A stretch of DNA of 64,000 nt, taken from IMG/VR virus record IMGVR_UViG_3300005686_000008, one strand, 5' to 3'. Positions 9,077-19,425 of the stretch are shown piece by piece; positions within the stretch are counted from its first letter, which is position 1, and every line of letters begins with the position of its first letter. A model generated the notes under the pieces. It had not been told where the DNA came from. It ran no database searches and worked only from the letters and a program-made list of their open reading frames with translations. A program made the translations under genes and the position numbers. This DNA is from a virus (lineage: Duplodnaviria > Caudoviricetes).

Positions 9077-12000
9077 ATGGCAGCAATAGTCGCAAACGTT
9101 AGTAACAATGTTGACGTTCTTGATAGTAACGCATTTATGGCGGTAATTACTGGTTCAAGAACGAGAACTACGTCTATTGACGGCGTAACGTGGTCAACTG
9201 GTACGAACGCTCTCTCTGCGGCAAACTCTTGGAATGCTGTTTGTTGTGGAGACCCCGCTGGAAATGGAAATTCCGTTGCTGTTGCTGTTGCAGCAAGCAC
9301 TAGAGTCCTTAATTATAGTTATGATTGCGCTACTTGGACGGCAAATGCAACAGGCATGCCTTCGACTGCTGTTTGGACTTCTTTGGTTTTTGGCGAAGGT
9401 AAATTTGTTGCTGTTTCAACAACATCTTCAACTGCTGCTGCTTATTCAACGGATGGTATAACTTTTACAGCTGCAACTTTACCATCTTCTGCAAACTGGT
9501 TATCTGTTGCTTATGATTCTGTAAATGGTAATTTTGCCGCTGTTTCTGGCGGTACTTCAACTGCGGCGGCATATTCAACGGATGGAACTTCTTGGAGTGC
9601 CGCAACTTTACCGTCCTCTGGTGATTGGAGATGCGTCGCGGCTGGAGGAGGAACTCTTGTTGCTTTGCGATACAATTCAACAGCAGGAGCTTATTCAACG
9701 GATGGAGGAGCTAACTGGACTGCTTGTAATACTTTGCCTGTAACAGGAAACTGGACTTCTATAGCTTATGGAAATGGGGTTTTTGTTGCAGTTGCAACTG
9801 GTGGTACTGTTGCTCTAACTTCTACTGATGGAATAGATTGGACTCAAAGAGTTTTGCCGGTTTCTGGTAACTGGTCTTCTATTTCTTATTCAACAAGTCT
9901 TAAACTTTTTGGCGCAATAACAAATGCAACAACGAACGGTCTTGCAACATCGCCTGACGGAATTGATTGGACAGGTGGAACCCTAACTTCTGCTGCTTAT
10001 ACATCTGTTTGCGAAACTCCAATAAAGTGGAACTCAGGCGATACCTTGACCATTAATAATGGCGCAATTATAACAGTTGATACAGACCAGACTAAATTTT
10101 GGAAAACAATAACGATTAATAATGGTAAATTGTTGATTACAAATAGTTCTACTTCAACTCCAATACAGTTTGCTATGGGTCGCAATACTGGTGCTACTGT
10201 TAATTCAATAGTTCCTGCAAGTGGTCTTGGAACTGTTGAGGTAACTGGCAATTGGATTGAAATAGATACAGGAGATGGAACTTCAAATCAAACAATGACA
10301 CTTCCTTATAGAAACCATTGTCCTTGTATTTGGGTTGAAACGGGAAGCGGAACTGGAATTTATGAGATTTGGAACAATGTAACAGGATCTTACTCTGGTG
10401 TTACCCCTCTTATTAGAGATGGTATTTCTGGAGTTAGTTCGGGAGTTAGGGGTAATTTCTTTACTCAAGACGCAGATTCAACCGTTTATGGAACGAGCGT
10501 TGTTAATTATGGACCTCTTTCTGTTACTGGTGGTTCTTCTACAGTTTCCAAGTATGTTACTGTTACATCAACGTCTGGAATTATAGAAGGCGCTGCAATA
10601 TCTGGAACAGGAATTGCAGCTAACTCGGTTGTGGATGCGGTTATTTCGGCAACAGTCTTGAGGCTTAATCTGGTTACTACAGCCTCTGCTGGTCCTAATA
10701 CATATACTGTCTATAATCCTTATAAATCTCAATTAACTTCAACCATAAGGTTCGGCGATGGAACAAATGGTAATGTAGTTCCTAATGGAGCAAAAGTTAG
10801 GGTTCCAAATATTGTTATTGACGACTTGACTCCTGCAAGCTTGCAGACTTCTTCTTTAGTCTTAAGCGCAAATATATTGCTTACATCTGGTGGAAACATA
10901 ACTGTTGATAAAGCTATTTTTTCCGAGTCATATAACAACTTTACTCAGTCTAAGATTTGCTCTTTGAAGAATTGCGGTTTTTCGATTATTCCGCTTATCT
11001 CAGAAACATATAATCTTCTTATTGAATCTGTTGGCATGGGTTTGCATCCTGATAGATTGTTTTTTGGTTCTTCTGCATGGCAAACAAGAAGAGGTAGATT
11101 TGGTACTAATGCTCTTTGGAGTTATATATCAAATGCATCTGTAACAGATTTGAAGATTGTTGTTTCTAATCCGCAAGCTCTTGCTGCTGCTGCTGCTGTA
11201 ACGGGTATTCTTGGTTTGTCATTCACGCAAGATGCAATATTTGATAAACTAAGATTATTTTGTTTGCATCCAACAAAAACTTCTTCATTTGGGCTTTATT
11301 TGCTTGATTCTGTTTTTGATTGTTCTTTTTCTAATATAGATATTCATGGTTGCGCGCCATATAACTTAATTAGATCTAATAATAATACATTTACAAATAC
11401 GTCAACGTCTCAAAGTATGTTTTATGGTAGAACAATATATGTTGCTGGCGCTAGATATGGATACGATCCTAATCTGGGTGATAAAATGCTTGATGATACG
11501 AAGTATTATTTCAAGCAAAGAAGCTACAGGGACTGGTCTGATTTAACAAGTTATCAAGAAAGTAGATTGTATTCTGTTACTCCTTATTTGGGAGATGATA
11601 AATTTCATCCATTCAACTTCGGTGTTGTAAATACAGCTTCAGGTACAAATGTCTTAACATGGACACAAAGAGCTCCCTCTGCTGCGACAGTTGTTTATGA
11701 AATATACCGAGGAACTTCTGCTGGATTTACTACAAGAGATGCTACAACTAGATTATATCAAAACGGAACAGCAGCAACTGTAACAGCAACAGACAATGGT
11801 TCTCTTTTGCTTTCTGCTCCTTCTAATGGAACTACATATTATTATGTTCTTAGAAAATATAATGTTAGAATTGCAGGAGGCACCGGATCCGGCTCTGGAG
11901 GCTCGACAACAGTAACAACGTCAGGCAACTTTAACGCTGTTGCAACGATAACAAACTGTAAAGGAAAATCTGGAAAGAATATAATTCTAGCTATAGGATC

Positions 12001-14431
12001 TAACTTTGACACAGTAGGTATTGTTGCTGGCATGCCTGTTTCTGGAACTGGAGTTCCTGCAAATACTACCGTTTCAAGTGTTGATTCTTATTATCAAATT
12101 ACTCTCAATAATAATCTAACGCAAGATATACTTGGTGTTACTCTTACTTTTGGTCTTGTTGCAGGAATGTATGTTTTTGGAACAAATATAGGTCAAAATG
12201 CTCAAATACAATCTGTTGATTCAAATACATCAATGACTGTTACTGTTGCTAATGCTGGAACAATTTCTGGAACTTTGAATTTTGCTTCGGGAACAGAGTC
12301 AGCCGAACAGTCTTGCTATACTCATGGTGCTGCAACAACTGTAACTAATTTACTTTTGAATACAGATGACTTTAGTAGTGCTTCTTGGACAAAAACAACA
12401 ACAACAGTTACTACAAACGTTGATATACCTCCAACTCAGATTTATTTTTCTACAGCAGCAATAACAGGCACAGCAGACCGATTGGCTGCTACAGGTAATA
12501 ACGCAACAACGACTCAATCAATAACAACAGTCGTTAGCACTCAGTATACTTTTTCAGTTTACATAAGATCTGATATTGCTACTCCTCAAAACGCAACAGC
12601 TGGAAGCATTAGCTTTGGAACTGCAACTCAAGCTTTTACAGCAAGCTTGCAATGGCAAAGAGTTTCTGTAACATTTACAGCAACAGGTGTTTCAACAACG
12701 GCAACAATAACAATTAACACAACAGGACAAAATATAATTGTTGGATCTGCTATGGTAAATACCGGAGCAACTGCCGCTCCTTATGTTGCCTCTGCTGGTT
12801 CTGCAACAACTGCTGGTGCTACGGAAATTTCAGCTTTACTTGCTTGGTCAAAAGCAAATTCTGGAGAAGCAGAAAATCAAGGTGTTGCTATAACAGTGTC
12901 TGCTCAAGGTGTATTATGGGAAATGTACATGAGTACAAATTCTGGATTTACTCCAAGCTCTTCAAATAGAACATTAGCAAACTTTGGTGCTACAACTGCA
13001 ATGCATATTTTGGCAAATAGTAATGGTAATGTTTTTGATACATTTGAAGAAATTGGAGGAGGCATAACTGCTGCGGTTATTTCTCTTACAACTTCCTCAA
13101 ATAATAGATTTTTGAACTATGATATAGGGCTTGATTATGGAAATGCGGCTACGGGATATATTACTACTATATCAAATCTTTGTAATAACAATTTCCTTCA
13201 TAACTGGGATATAAGAAATCCAGTTAATGCTGTTGCTGCAATTTATCCTTTTGGAGGAACTTCGGGTACTACGAATAACAACTCAGGCTTGATTTTGCAA
13301 AATATAAAAATGAATGCATATAGTCTTCCTTTGAATAATAACTATCTTGGAGTTATTTGCAAAGGGGTTAGCGGTGCTTCTTTTTCGCCTCTTTCAGGAT
13401 CTGCAACAACTGCGGTTATAACATCAACAACTGATGGTTTGGCAAATGGATATACAACGATATATGATACAATCTTTAATGAGCTTTATCAAGGAGCGAG
13501 TAATGGAGCTTTGGCTTTGACTTTTAATGCTTCCGCTCTTGATACTCCTCCTTATACTTTGAGCGGAGCATCTTTCTCTAATGCAGGACGTTTGTATTTC
13601 AAAAATTCTGGAGATTATGCCGAATATATATGGCCTCATAAAATATATGGAGTAACAGGTTTTCGTAGTTTAATGTATAAAGTAAACGTAAATGATTGCG
13701 GCAATGATGCAACAACGGGTTATGGTATTAAAATTGAATATGCCATAAATACTGGATCTGGATATGGATCTTATAAAGAGGCCACACCAGAAAATCTTGT
13801 TGCAGAAACTTTACCAGATGCTGATGTCGGTTTTTATCTTAAAATTAAGTTAACAGCAACAACGTTTATGAAATATACTTCGTTCACCTCAAGATTTGTT
13901 ATTGGCGAAACTATTAACGGAGCTACTTCTGGAGCGACCGCTGTTATTGACGACGAAGAAGCTGGAGCTTCTGGTATAGGCGGGACTCTTAGATTATCAA
14001 GTGTTACAGGAACATTCATTCCTGGAGAGGTTATAAGGAGTGGCGTTACAAATAGGGCAACAAATTCTGCAACTAACGGTTTTGCTCTTGGTCCAAGTTT
14101 TACAAGCTATATAGATGGTTTGATAATATTTACAACTGTTGATAAAACAGCTTTATATCCAGAGGAAACTCCAACTATTACGTTGACAGGATTGAGATCT
14201 GGATCAAAAATAACATTTGTAAAAATTTCAGATGGATCTTCTTTGGGTGGAACGTCTAGTAGCGGAACGTCTTTTTCTTTGACATATGATTATTATGCAA
14301 ATGTCGATGTAAATATAGTTATTCAGAACTATGGATATTTACATTTAACCATTCCTTATACATTGACAAATGAATCCGTTTCAATTCCAGTGCAGCAAGT
14401 TATTGATAGGAATTATCTTAACCCGGTTTAA
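9077..14431 (+). CDS. Large multidomain fibre/adhesin (Asp-box propeller, beta-helix-like, FN3-like and CBM-like segments)
   Basis: 1784 aa; repeated (Y)STDGxxW Asp-boxes; LTW..YEIYRG..TYYYV FN3-like; TNLLLNTDDF..YTFSVY..WQRVSVTF CBM-like. Confidence 0.75.
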   Translation: MAAIVANVSNNVDVLDSNAFMAVITGSRTRTTSIDGVTWSTGTNALSAANSWNAVCCGDPAGNGNSVAVAVAASTRVLNYSYDCATWTANATGMPSTAVWTSLVFGEGKFVAVSTTSSTAAAYSTDGITFTAATLPSSANWLSVAYDSVNGNFAAVSGGTSTAAAYSTDGTSWSAATLPSSGDWRCVAAGGGTLVALRYNSTAGAYSTDGGANWTACNTLPVTGNWTSIAYGNGVFVAVATGGTVALTSTDGIDWTQRVLPVSGNWSSISYSTSLKLFGAITNATTNGLATSPDGIDWTGGTLTSAAYTSVCETPIKWNSGDTLTINNGAIITVDTDQTKFWKTITINNGKLLITNSSTSTPIQFAMGRNTGATVNSIVPASGLGTVEVTGNWIEIDTGDGTSNQTMTLPYRNHCPCIWVETGSGTGIYEIWNNVTGSYSGVTPLIRDGISGVSSGVRGNFFTQDADSTVYGTSVVNYGPLSVTGGSSTVSKYVTVTSTSGIIEGAAISGTGIAANSVVDAVISATVLRLNLVTTASAGPNTYTVYNPYKSQLTSTIRFGDGTNGNVVPNGAKVRVPNIVIDDLTPASLQTSSLVLSANILLTSGGNITVDKAIFSESYNNFTQSKICSLKNCGFSIIPLISETYNLLIESVGMGLHPDRLFFGSSAWQTRRGRFGTNALWSYISNASVTDLKIVVSNPQALAAAAAVTGILGLSFTQDAIFDKLRLFCLHPTKTSSFGLYLLDSVFDCSFSNIDIHGCAPYNLIRSNNNTFTNTSTSQSMFYGRTIYVAGARYGYDPNLGDKMLDDTKYYFKQRSYRDWSDLTSYQESRLYSVTPYLGDDKFHPFNFGVVNTASGTNVLTWTQRAPSAATVVYEIYRGTSAGFTTRDATTRLYQNGTAATVTATDNGSLLLSAPSNGTTYYYVLRKYNVRIAGGTGSGSGGSTTVTTSGNFNAVATITNCKGKSGKNIILAIGSNFDTVGIVAGMPVSGTGVPANTTVSSVDSYYQITLNNNLTQDILGVTLTFGLVAGMYVFGTNIGQNAQIQSVDSNTSMTVTVANAGTISGTLNFASGTESAEQSCYTHGAATTVTNLLLNTDDFSSASWTKTTTTVTTNVDIPPTQIYFSTAAITGTADRLAATGNNATTTQSITTVVSTQYTFSVYIRSDIATPQNATAGSISFGTATQAFTASLQWQRVSVTFTATGVSTTATITINTTGQNIIVGSAMVNTGATAAPYVASAGSATTAGATEISALLAWSKANSGEAENQGVAITVSAQGVLWEMYMSTNSGFTPSSSNRTLANFGATTAMHILANSNGNVFDTFEEIGGGITAAVISLTTSSNNRFLNYDIGLDYGNAATGYITTISNLCNNNFLHNWDIRNPVNAVAAIYPFGGTSGTTNNNSGLILQNIKMNAYSLPLNNNYLGVICKGVSGASFSPLSGSATTAVITSTTDGLANGYTTIYDTIFNELYQGASNGALALTFNASALDTPPYTLSGASFSNAGRLYFKNSGDYAEYIWPHKIYGVTGFRSLMYKVNVNDCGNDATTGYGIKIEYAINTGSGYGSYKEATPENLVAETLPDADVGFYLKIKLTATTFMKYTSFTSRFVIGETINGATSGATAVIDDEEAGASGIGGTLRLSSVTGTFIPGEVIRSGVTNRATNSATNGFALGPSFTSYIDGLIIFTTVDKTALYPEETPTITLTGLRSGSKITFVKISDGSSLGGTSSSGTSFSLTYDYYANVDVNIVIQNYGYLHLTIPYTLTNESVSIPVQQVIDRNYLNPV
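9170..9975 (+). repeat. Asp-box/BNR-like coding repeats (about 40-aa period)
   Basis: SIDGVTW, STDGITF, STDGTSW, STDGGANW, STDGIDW, SPDGIDW; tattcaacggatgg occurs three times. Confidence 0.8.
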
Positions 14432-14445
14432 CGTAGTGAGATTTT

Positions 14446-14892
14446 ATGGGATATTCGTTTGATGGTTCTCAAAAAATTATTACACTAACGTCAGGAACAA
14501 CAACACTGGACGTTAAGGATTTGTATTCCAGATGGAAAGACTGGGTTTTATTAAGTGATAATAGTAAATGGGATCTTGCTTTTTTGGTTTCCGGTGGAGA
14601 TACTATTGATCCGGGGGCTGGAACAGCTGTTCCTTTATATGCATTTTTGGCAAATGGATGGAGAATAAAGCCTCAAGAATCAAATCATACTCTAAATGTT
14701 ACAAACGGAGTTCTTCTTGTTGATGGAGGTGGGGATCCTTTTGTTGATACAACTGGTAGCTATATAGTTCGTATAAATTATCAACAACCAGTTCAAGCTA
14801 TTACTGTTGCAACAGGAGGTTTGACTGGTCAACAATCTCAAGATTTGTCTGCTATTAAAAGAATGACAGATCTAATCCCTGGAGCTTTGTAA
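14446..14892 (+). CDS. Virion protein related to the N-terminal domain of 7134
   Basis: KIITL..LDVKDLYSRWKDW parallels KTIKL..VTLKCLYSFLKEEW. Confidence 0.6.
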   Translation: MGYSFDGSQKIITLTSGTTTLDVKDLYSRWKDWVLLSDNSKWDLAFLVSGGDTIDPGAGTAVPLYAFLANGWRIKPQESNHTLNVTNGVLLVDGGGDPFVDTTGSYIVRINYQQPVQAITVATGGLTGQQSQDLSAIKRMTDLIPGAL

Positions 14893-14894
14893 TT

Positions 14895-15419
14895 ATGGCG
14901 TACACTCTTGATATATCCTTAGCTTTGGGTTCAAGTAAGGCTGGTATAACATTAAATGCTCAACTTGTTGATTCTTCTTTATCTGTTGTTGGTGGCAGTG
15001 TGTCTACGGGTTTTAGTGAAGTTGGCAATGGTTATTATCTTTGGCATTATGAGGGTTTTCCAGATAATTTTAGAGGTGGCGTTAAATTCTATGAACAAGG
15101 GTCTCCGAATAGTATTTTGACTTTTGTTTCTATAAATCCTCAAGAGACTGAAAATGCAGATGTTAAAGTTTCTGAAGTGTGTTCTGGTGGAACATCTGGA
15201 TCTGTTAGTGTAAATGTTGGACATTCTAGTGTTGTTGTTCAAAATTCCACAGAAACAAGTGTTGGTAATAATAGAACAATAGAAATTACAAAAGGTTCTG
15301 AAACTGTTGGTTCTAATGTTGTTTTTGGTGAAAATAAAGAGGTTTTACCTTCAGAAACAATCAATATAATTACAGGGTCTCAAGGTTCTTCTGTTAGGAT
15401 TACTCCTGGAGTTAGGTAA
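14895..15419 (+). CDS. Hypothetical virion protein
   Basis: 174-aa ORF tightly packed in the operon. Confidence 0.6.
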   Translation: MAYTLDISLALGSSKAGITLNAQLVDSSLSVVGGSVSTGFSEVGNGYYLWHYEGFPDNFRGGVKFYEQGSPNSILTFVSINPQETENADVKVSEVCSGGTSGSVSVNVGHSSVVVQNSTETSVGNNRTIEITKGSETVGSNVVFGENKEVLPSETINIITGSQGSSVRITPGVR

Positions 15420-15422
15420 GAA

Positions 15423-16718
15423 ATGGCAACAAAGAAGATATTTATTGAATACAAAGTTGATGGGTCTTTATCTTCAGCTTATTCTGTTGAGCTTGCTTCT
15501 GATGATTCTTCTTATGGAGTTAAGAAGCAAGACGGAACTGTTGTGGTTTCTAGCGGAACTGCTGTTACAAATTCTTCTACAGGTGTATATGAATATGATT
15601 TATCCGTAGATGATGGAATTATTTATGTCGCTTCTTGGAAGATAATTTCTTCTGTAGGATCTGAGCCTGTTTATGCGATACAATCTCTTGGTCCTTTTTA
15701 TACGGTCGCAGAATCTCCTATCAAATCAACTCCTGATTATAGAGGAACATTTGTTCAAGGAAACCTATGTACTCTTTTCTTAAGTCTTACAGATGTTCAT
15801 GGTAATCCTCTTACGGCAGAATCAATTTCTCTTGCAATTACGAAAGATGGAGAGGCTGTTCTTTCGGATATTAGTCCTGATTTTATTCGAGCAGGTTTTT
15901 ATGCATTTGATTGGACTATTCCATCTGATTTATCTGCTGGCAGTTATCTAGTAACATGGACCTATGTGGCTGAGGGTTTTTCTGGAACAGAGCTTCAACA
16001 AATTGTTGTTTCTGCTAGCGGGGATACAGCTAATTCTTCTATTCAATTATATGGCGCTCGTTTAAGTGCTTTTAGAACGGCATTAAGCGAAATGATTTGT
16101 TGCGCGCAAAAGATTCCGGTTTATCACGAACAGTCTCTTCCGAATATTGATTATACTACATTTAAGTTTACATTTCCAAGATGGAATCAGGCATATGGGA
16201 CGAGGATATTTAGGAATAACAAGCTCATAGAAAACGAGTATGAGATAAACTATTTCAAGGGAACTGTTATTTTTGATACACCCATGACTTCATATGATAC
16301 GATTTATGCTGATTATAATTTTAGATGGTTTTCTGATGAACAAATGGATAGGTTTTTAGAAAATGCTGCTATGGTTATAAACTATTACCCTCCTCAGAGC
16401 GGATATAGCATACTGACAATTCCTGACTTGTACGTTCCTCTTGTTCTTTATGGAGCAGCAAAAGATGCTCTTAGAGAACTTCTTATGTGTCTCAATTTTC
16501 AACAGCCTCAACAGGTTTTTGGGGGTTCGGATGCGGCCCAAAAAGCGTTTTCTAATATGGAAACATTGAAGAAGAACTATGAAGAAGAATTTACAAGGCT
16601 TTTAGAGCAGAAGAAGTATGGCAAGTATCCAAGAACAAAAGGTATTGTCACACCAGAGTTTACCTTGCCAGGCGGACGTTCAAGATGGTTTAGATATATG
16701 TTTGGAGGGGGCACTTAA
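15423..16718 (+). CDS. Putative neck/head-completion protein with N-terminal Ig-like domains
   Basis: Two GxY-containing beta domains, then YNFRWFSDEQM and a helical adaptor-like C-terminus; gene context. Confidence 0.45.
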   Translation: MATKKIFIEYKVDGSLSSAYSVELASDDSSYGVKKQDGTVVVSSGTAVTNSSTGVYEYDLSVDDGIIYVASWKIISSVGSEPVYAIQSLGPFYTVAESPIKSTPDYRGTFVQGNLCTLFLSLTDVHGNPLTAESISLAITKDGEAVLSDISPDFIRAGFYAFDWTIPSDLSAGSYLVTWTYVAEGFSGTELQQIVVSASGDTANSSIQLYGARLSAFRTALSEMICCAQKIPVYHEQSLPNIDYTTFKFTFPRWNQAYGTRIFRNNKLIENEYEINYFKGTVIFDTPMTSYDTIYADYNFRWFSDEQMDRFLENAAMVINYYPPQSGYSILTIPDLYVPLVLYGAAKDALRELLMCLNFQQPQQVFGGSDAAQKAFSNMETLKKNYEEEFTRLLEQKKYGKYPRTKGIVTPEFTLPGGRSRWFRYMFGGGT

Positions 16719-16720
16719 TT

Positions 16721-16963
16721 ATGAAGTTTATTCAGTCTAATTCGCATAGAGATGCGTTTCCCGAGCAGTACAATCATTCCATGTGCGGTAAGCGAGTTAG
16801 GGTTAGAATCCAAGGAAATCCGGGCGCTTCTGGTAATGCTGCCAGAAAACCCATAGAAGGCGTTGTGTTAAGGGTTGTTCCTTCTCGATTTGGTGAGTTG
16901 GCTTTGATATCAGGAGCTGGAAAAGATTACTATTCTGTGCGAGACCTAGATGTTATTGGCTAA
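16721..16963 (+). CDS. Hypothetical protein (80 aa)
   Basis: ORF track; contiguous with upstream gene. Confidence 0.55.
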   Translation: MKFIQSNSHRDAFPEQYNHSMCGKRVRVRIQGNPGASGNAARKPIEGVVLRVVPSRFGELALISGAGKDYYSVRDLDVIG

Positions 16964-16981
16964 ATATGCCGAAGTATTAGT

Positions 16982-17332
16982 ATGGAAAATAACAAACCGA
17001 CGACTGGTGAATTTCTTGCAAAGCTTAGGAAGCTTGGCATAGAGAATGAGATAGATTTTTATTTTCTTCCCTCTAAAGAACTAAAAGAAAAGATTATTAG
17101 AGGGGGAGACCCGATTATAGACAAATTGCCTAAATTGGCTAAAACTTCGTTTTTAGAGTTGCCATATGGCAAAGGAATTGCATTGTACACTCCAATGGTT
17201 ATTAAATATATTGATGGAACCTTAGATAAGAACAATTCATATATATTTGATTTGGGAGAAATTAGAGTAAGAAATGCAAATGAACTTATGATAAAATGTT
17301 TAAATAGAAGTAAAATTGCTGAGAAAAAATAA
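16982..17332 (+). CDS. Hypothetical protein (116 aa)
   Basis: ORF track. Confidence 0.6.
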   Translation: MENNKPTTGEFLAKLRKLGIENEIDFYFLPSKELKEKIIRGGDPIIDKLPKLAKTSFLELPYGKGIALYTPMVIKYIDGTLDKNNSYIFDLGEIRVRNANELMIKCLNRSKIAEKK

Positions 17333-17358
17333 GAGGTATTTTATCTGTAATTTAGAAA
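17333..17358 (+). promoter_or_regulatory. Candidate promoter GAGG-N18-GAAA upstream of the phoH leader
   Basis: Recurring motif. Confidence 0.5.
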
Positions 17359-17404
17359 ACTAATATCGTTGAAAGTGTTATATTTAGAAAGATTTTGTTT
17401 GCAA

Positions 17405-17473
17405 ACGACCTTCCTTATTGCGAGTCAGAGAAAAGACTTGCTTCCCTCTAGTTAGAGGGAAACGGAAGGTTGT
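17405..17473 (+). ncRNA. Putative structured cis-regulatory leader (three-way junction)
   Basis: P1 ACGACCUUCC/GGAAGGUUGU encloses P2 GCGAGUC/GACUUGC and P3 UUCCCUCU/AGAGGGAA. Confidence 0.55.
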
Positions 17474-17505
17474 ATTGTTTTAAGCCTCTACTAAAAGGAG
17501 AGTAC

Positions 17506-19353
17506 ATGGCACGAAAGAGTAAGAGTAAGAAGGGTGAAGATTTTGTCTTTACTAAAGATTCTCCATCGAAGCTTTTGATATCAGTATCTGCGAAAAATGC
17601 CGGACAGAAAAAAGCTCTTAAAGCCATTTCTGAAAATCAAGTCACATTTATTTATGGTGCACCAGGAACCGGAAAGGCGCAGCCTTTGGATTCTACTGTT
17701 TTTACTCCAAATGGGCCAGTAAAAATGGGTAGTTTGCAAAAAGGAGACAAAGTATGTACGCCTGATGGGTCTTCTTCAAAGATTTTAGCAATATTCCCAC
17801 AAGGCAAGAAAGATATATATAAGCTAACCTTTGCAGATGGTTCTTCCGTAGAGTGTTGTAAAGAGCATCTTTGGAGAATAACAGAGAGAAATTCTTCAGA
17901 TAGAGATGAAAAGAAAGTCGTAGACACGGATTACATAATAAACAATCTTCATACAAATCTTGGTGAAAGAAACATTTACATAGAACTTTCTTCTGCTGTA
18001 GGGTTTTCTAAGAAAAATCTTCTCATAGATCCATATATTCTTGGTGTTTTGATTGGAGATGGAAATATATGTAATGCAAACGTTTGTGTTTCTTCCGCAG
18101 ATGAAGAGATTCTTGCTGCTATACAAAATGATATACCAAGTGGTTATTCTTTAAAGAAAAGTTTTGGGGAATATGATTATAGAATTGTAAAAACAACGCT
18201 TCATAATTTGAATGGTTCTCAGTCAAACATATATAAAGATTCTTTAAGACTATATGGGCTTTGGGGTAAGAAGTCTTACGAAAAGTTTATACCAGAAGAT
18301 TATCTGTATTCTTCAGAAGAAGATAGATGGGCTATATTGCAGGGACTTATGGATACCGATGGCTCTGTAAACAAAAAAACAGGTCAGGCATATTTTTGTA
18401 CATCTTCTGAAATTCTCGCTTCTGATGTTAAATTACTTGTTGACTCTCTTGGAGGATTGTGTACTATTTCAGAAAAGAATCCTACATATACATATTTAGG
18501 AGAAAAGAAGCATGGAAGAAAATCTTATATATGTTTCTTAAATCTTCCAGATTGTTCTATGGCTTTTAGATTAGCAAGAAAAAAGAATCTTGCTAAACCA
18601 AAAACAAAGTATGCGCCGAAGAAGAGGGTTTTGCAATCTATTGAAAAAATAGGAGAAAAGGAAGCTCAATGTATTCTTGTTGACAGTGAAGACCATCTAT
18701 ATTTGACAGATGGTTTTGTTGTAACACATAACACTCATTGCGCTGCCGGTTGGGGAATTCAAGAAATGATGAAGGGTAACTTTGAGAGAGTTATCTTTAC
18801 AAGACCATATGTTGAGGCTGGCGAAAAACTAGGCTTCCTCCCAGGAAACTCAGACAACAAGTTTGCTCCTTTTGTTATGCCTCTTTATGAGGTCGTGTCA
18901 GACTATCTCAGTCAAGAAGACCTAAAAGAATTGATTGAGGCAAGAAAGATTGTTGTTTATCCTCTTGCCTATATGAGGGGTATTACTTTCAAAAAGTCAT
19001 ATGTTATTGCTGATGAGGTTCAGAATTCAACTATTGCTCAGATGAGAATGATGCTTACTCGTATCGGAGAAGGATCTAAGATTGTTTGCACCGGAGACGT
19101 TGAGCAATCAGACCTTGGAGCAAAACTTAATGGTCTTGCTGACGCTATCAATAGGCTTCAGGGAATACAAAATCTTGAGTTTGTTGAACTTGATTATTCC
19201 TCTTGCGTTAGAGAAAAGATTGTTTCTGATATTGATCAAAGATATAAGGATGGCAATTCCCATGTTAGTCTTGCTGCTATTAGAGAGCATGCAAAGCTTC
19301 TTAATGGGAAACAGAATTCCTCCAATGATGTTAGTAAAACAGAGTACGATTGA
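17506..19353 (+). CDS. phoH: PhoH-family ATPase containing an intein
   Basis: GAPGTGK|T, TRPYVEAGEKLGFLPG, PLAYMRGITF, DEVQN, LTRIG, GDVEQSD; start at 17506 follows an AAGGAG RBS. Confidence 0.95.
   Translation: MARKSKSKKGEDFVFTKDSPSKLLISVSAKNAGQKKALKAISENQVTFIYGAPGTGKAQPLDSTVFTPNGPVKMGSLQKGDKVCTPDGSSSKILAIFPQGKKDIYKLTFADGSSVECCKEHLWRITERNSSDRDEKKVVDTDYIINNLHTNLGERNIYIELSSAVGFSKKNLLIDPYILGVLIGDGNICNANVCVSSADEEILAAIQNDIPSGYSLKKSFGEYDYRIVKTTLHNLNGSQSNIYKDSLRLYGLWGKKSYEKFIPEDYLYSSEEDRWAILQGLMDTDGSVNKKTGQAYFCTSSEILASDVKLLVDSLGGLCTISEKNPTYTYLGEKKHGRKSYICFLNLPDCSMAFRLARKKNLAKPKTKYAPKKRVLQSIEKIGEKEAQCILVDSEDHLYLTDGFVVTHNTHCAAGWGIQEMMKGNFERVIFTRPYVEAGEKLGFLPGNSDNKFAPFVMPLYEVVSDYLSQEDLKELIEARKIVVYPLAYMRGITFKKSYVIADEVQNSTIAQMRMMLTRIGEGSKIVCTGDVEQSDLGAKLNGLADAINRLQGIQNLEFVELDYSSCVREKIVSDIDQRYKDGNSHVSLAAIREHAKLLNGKQNSSNDVSKTEYD
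17677..18732 (+). mobile_element. Intein (352 aa, Ala1, class 3 signature) with LAGLIDADG endonuclease, inserted in the PhoH P-loop
   Basis: GTGK|AQPLDS...VVTHN|T; EHLW, AQCI, THN; LGVLIGDG and LQGLMDTDG. Confidence 0.92.
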
Positions 19354-19399
19354 CGATAATTGATAGTCTGTTGTTATTTAGCTGTTCTTCCAAACATTA

Positions 19400-19425
19400 G
19401 AGGAAGATTCGGTATTTTATCGAAT
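19400..19425 (+). promoter_or_regulatory. Candidate promoter GAGG-N18-GAAT
   Basis: Recurring motif. Confidence 0.55.

Noticed and set aside
17405-17473. Hammerhead ribozyme or terminator
   Set aside because: GAAAC is present but the CUGANGA core is absent, and no clean U tract follows.
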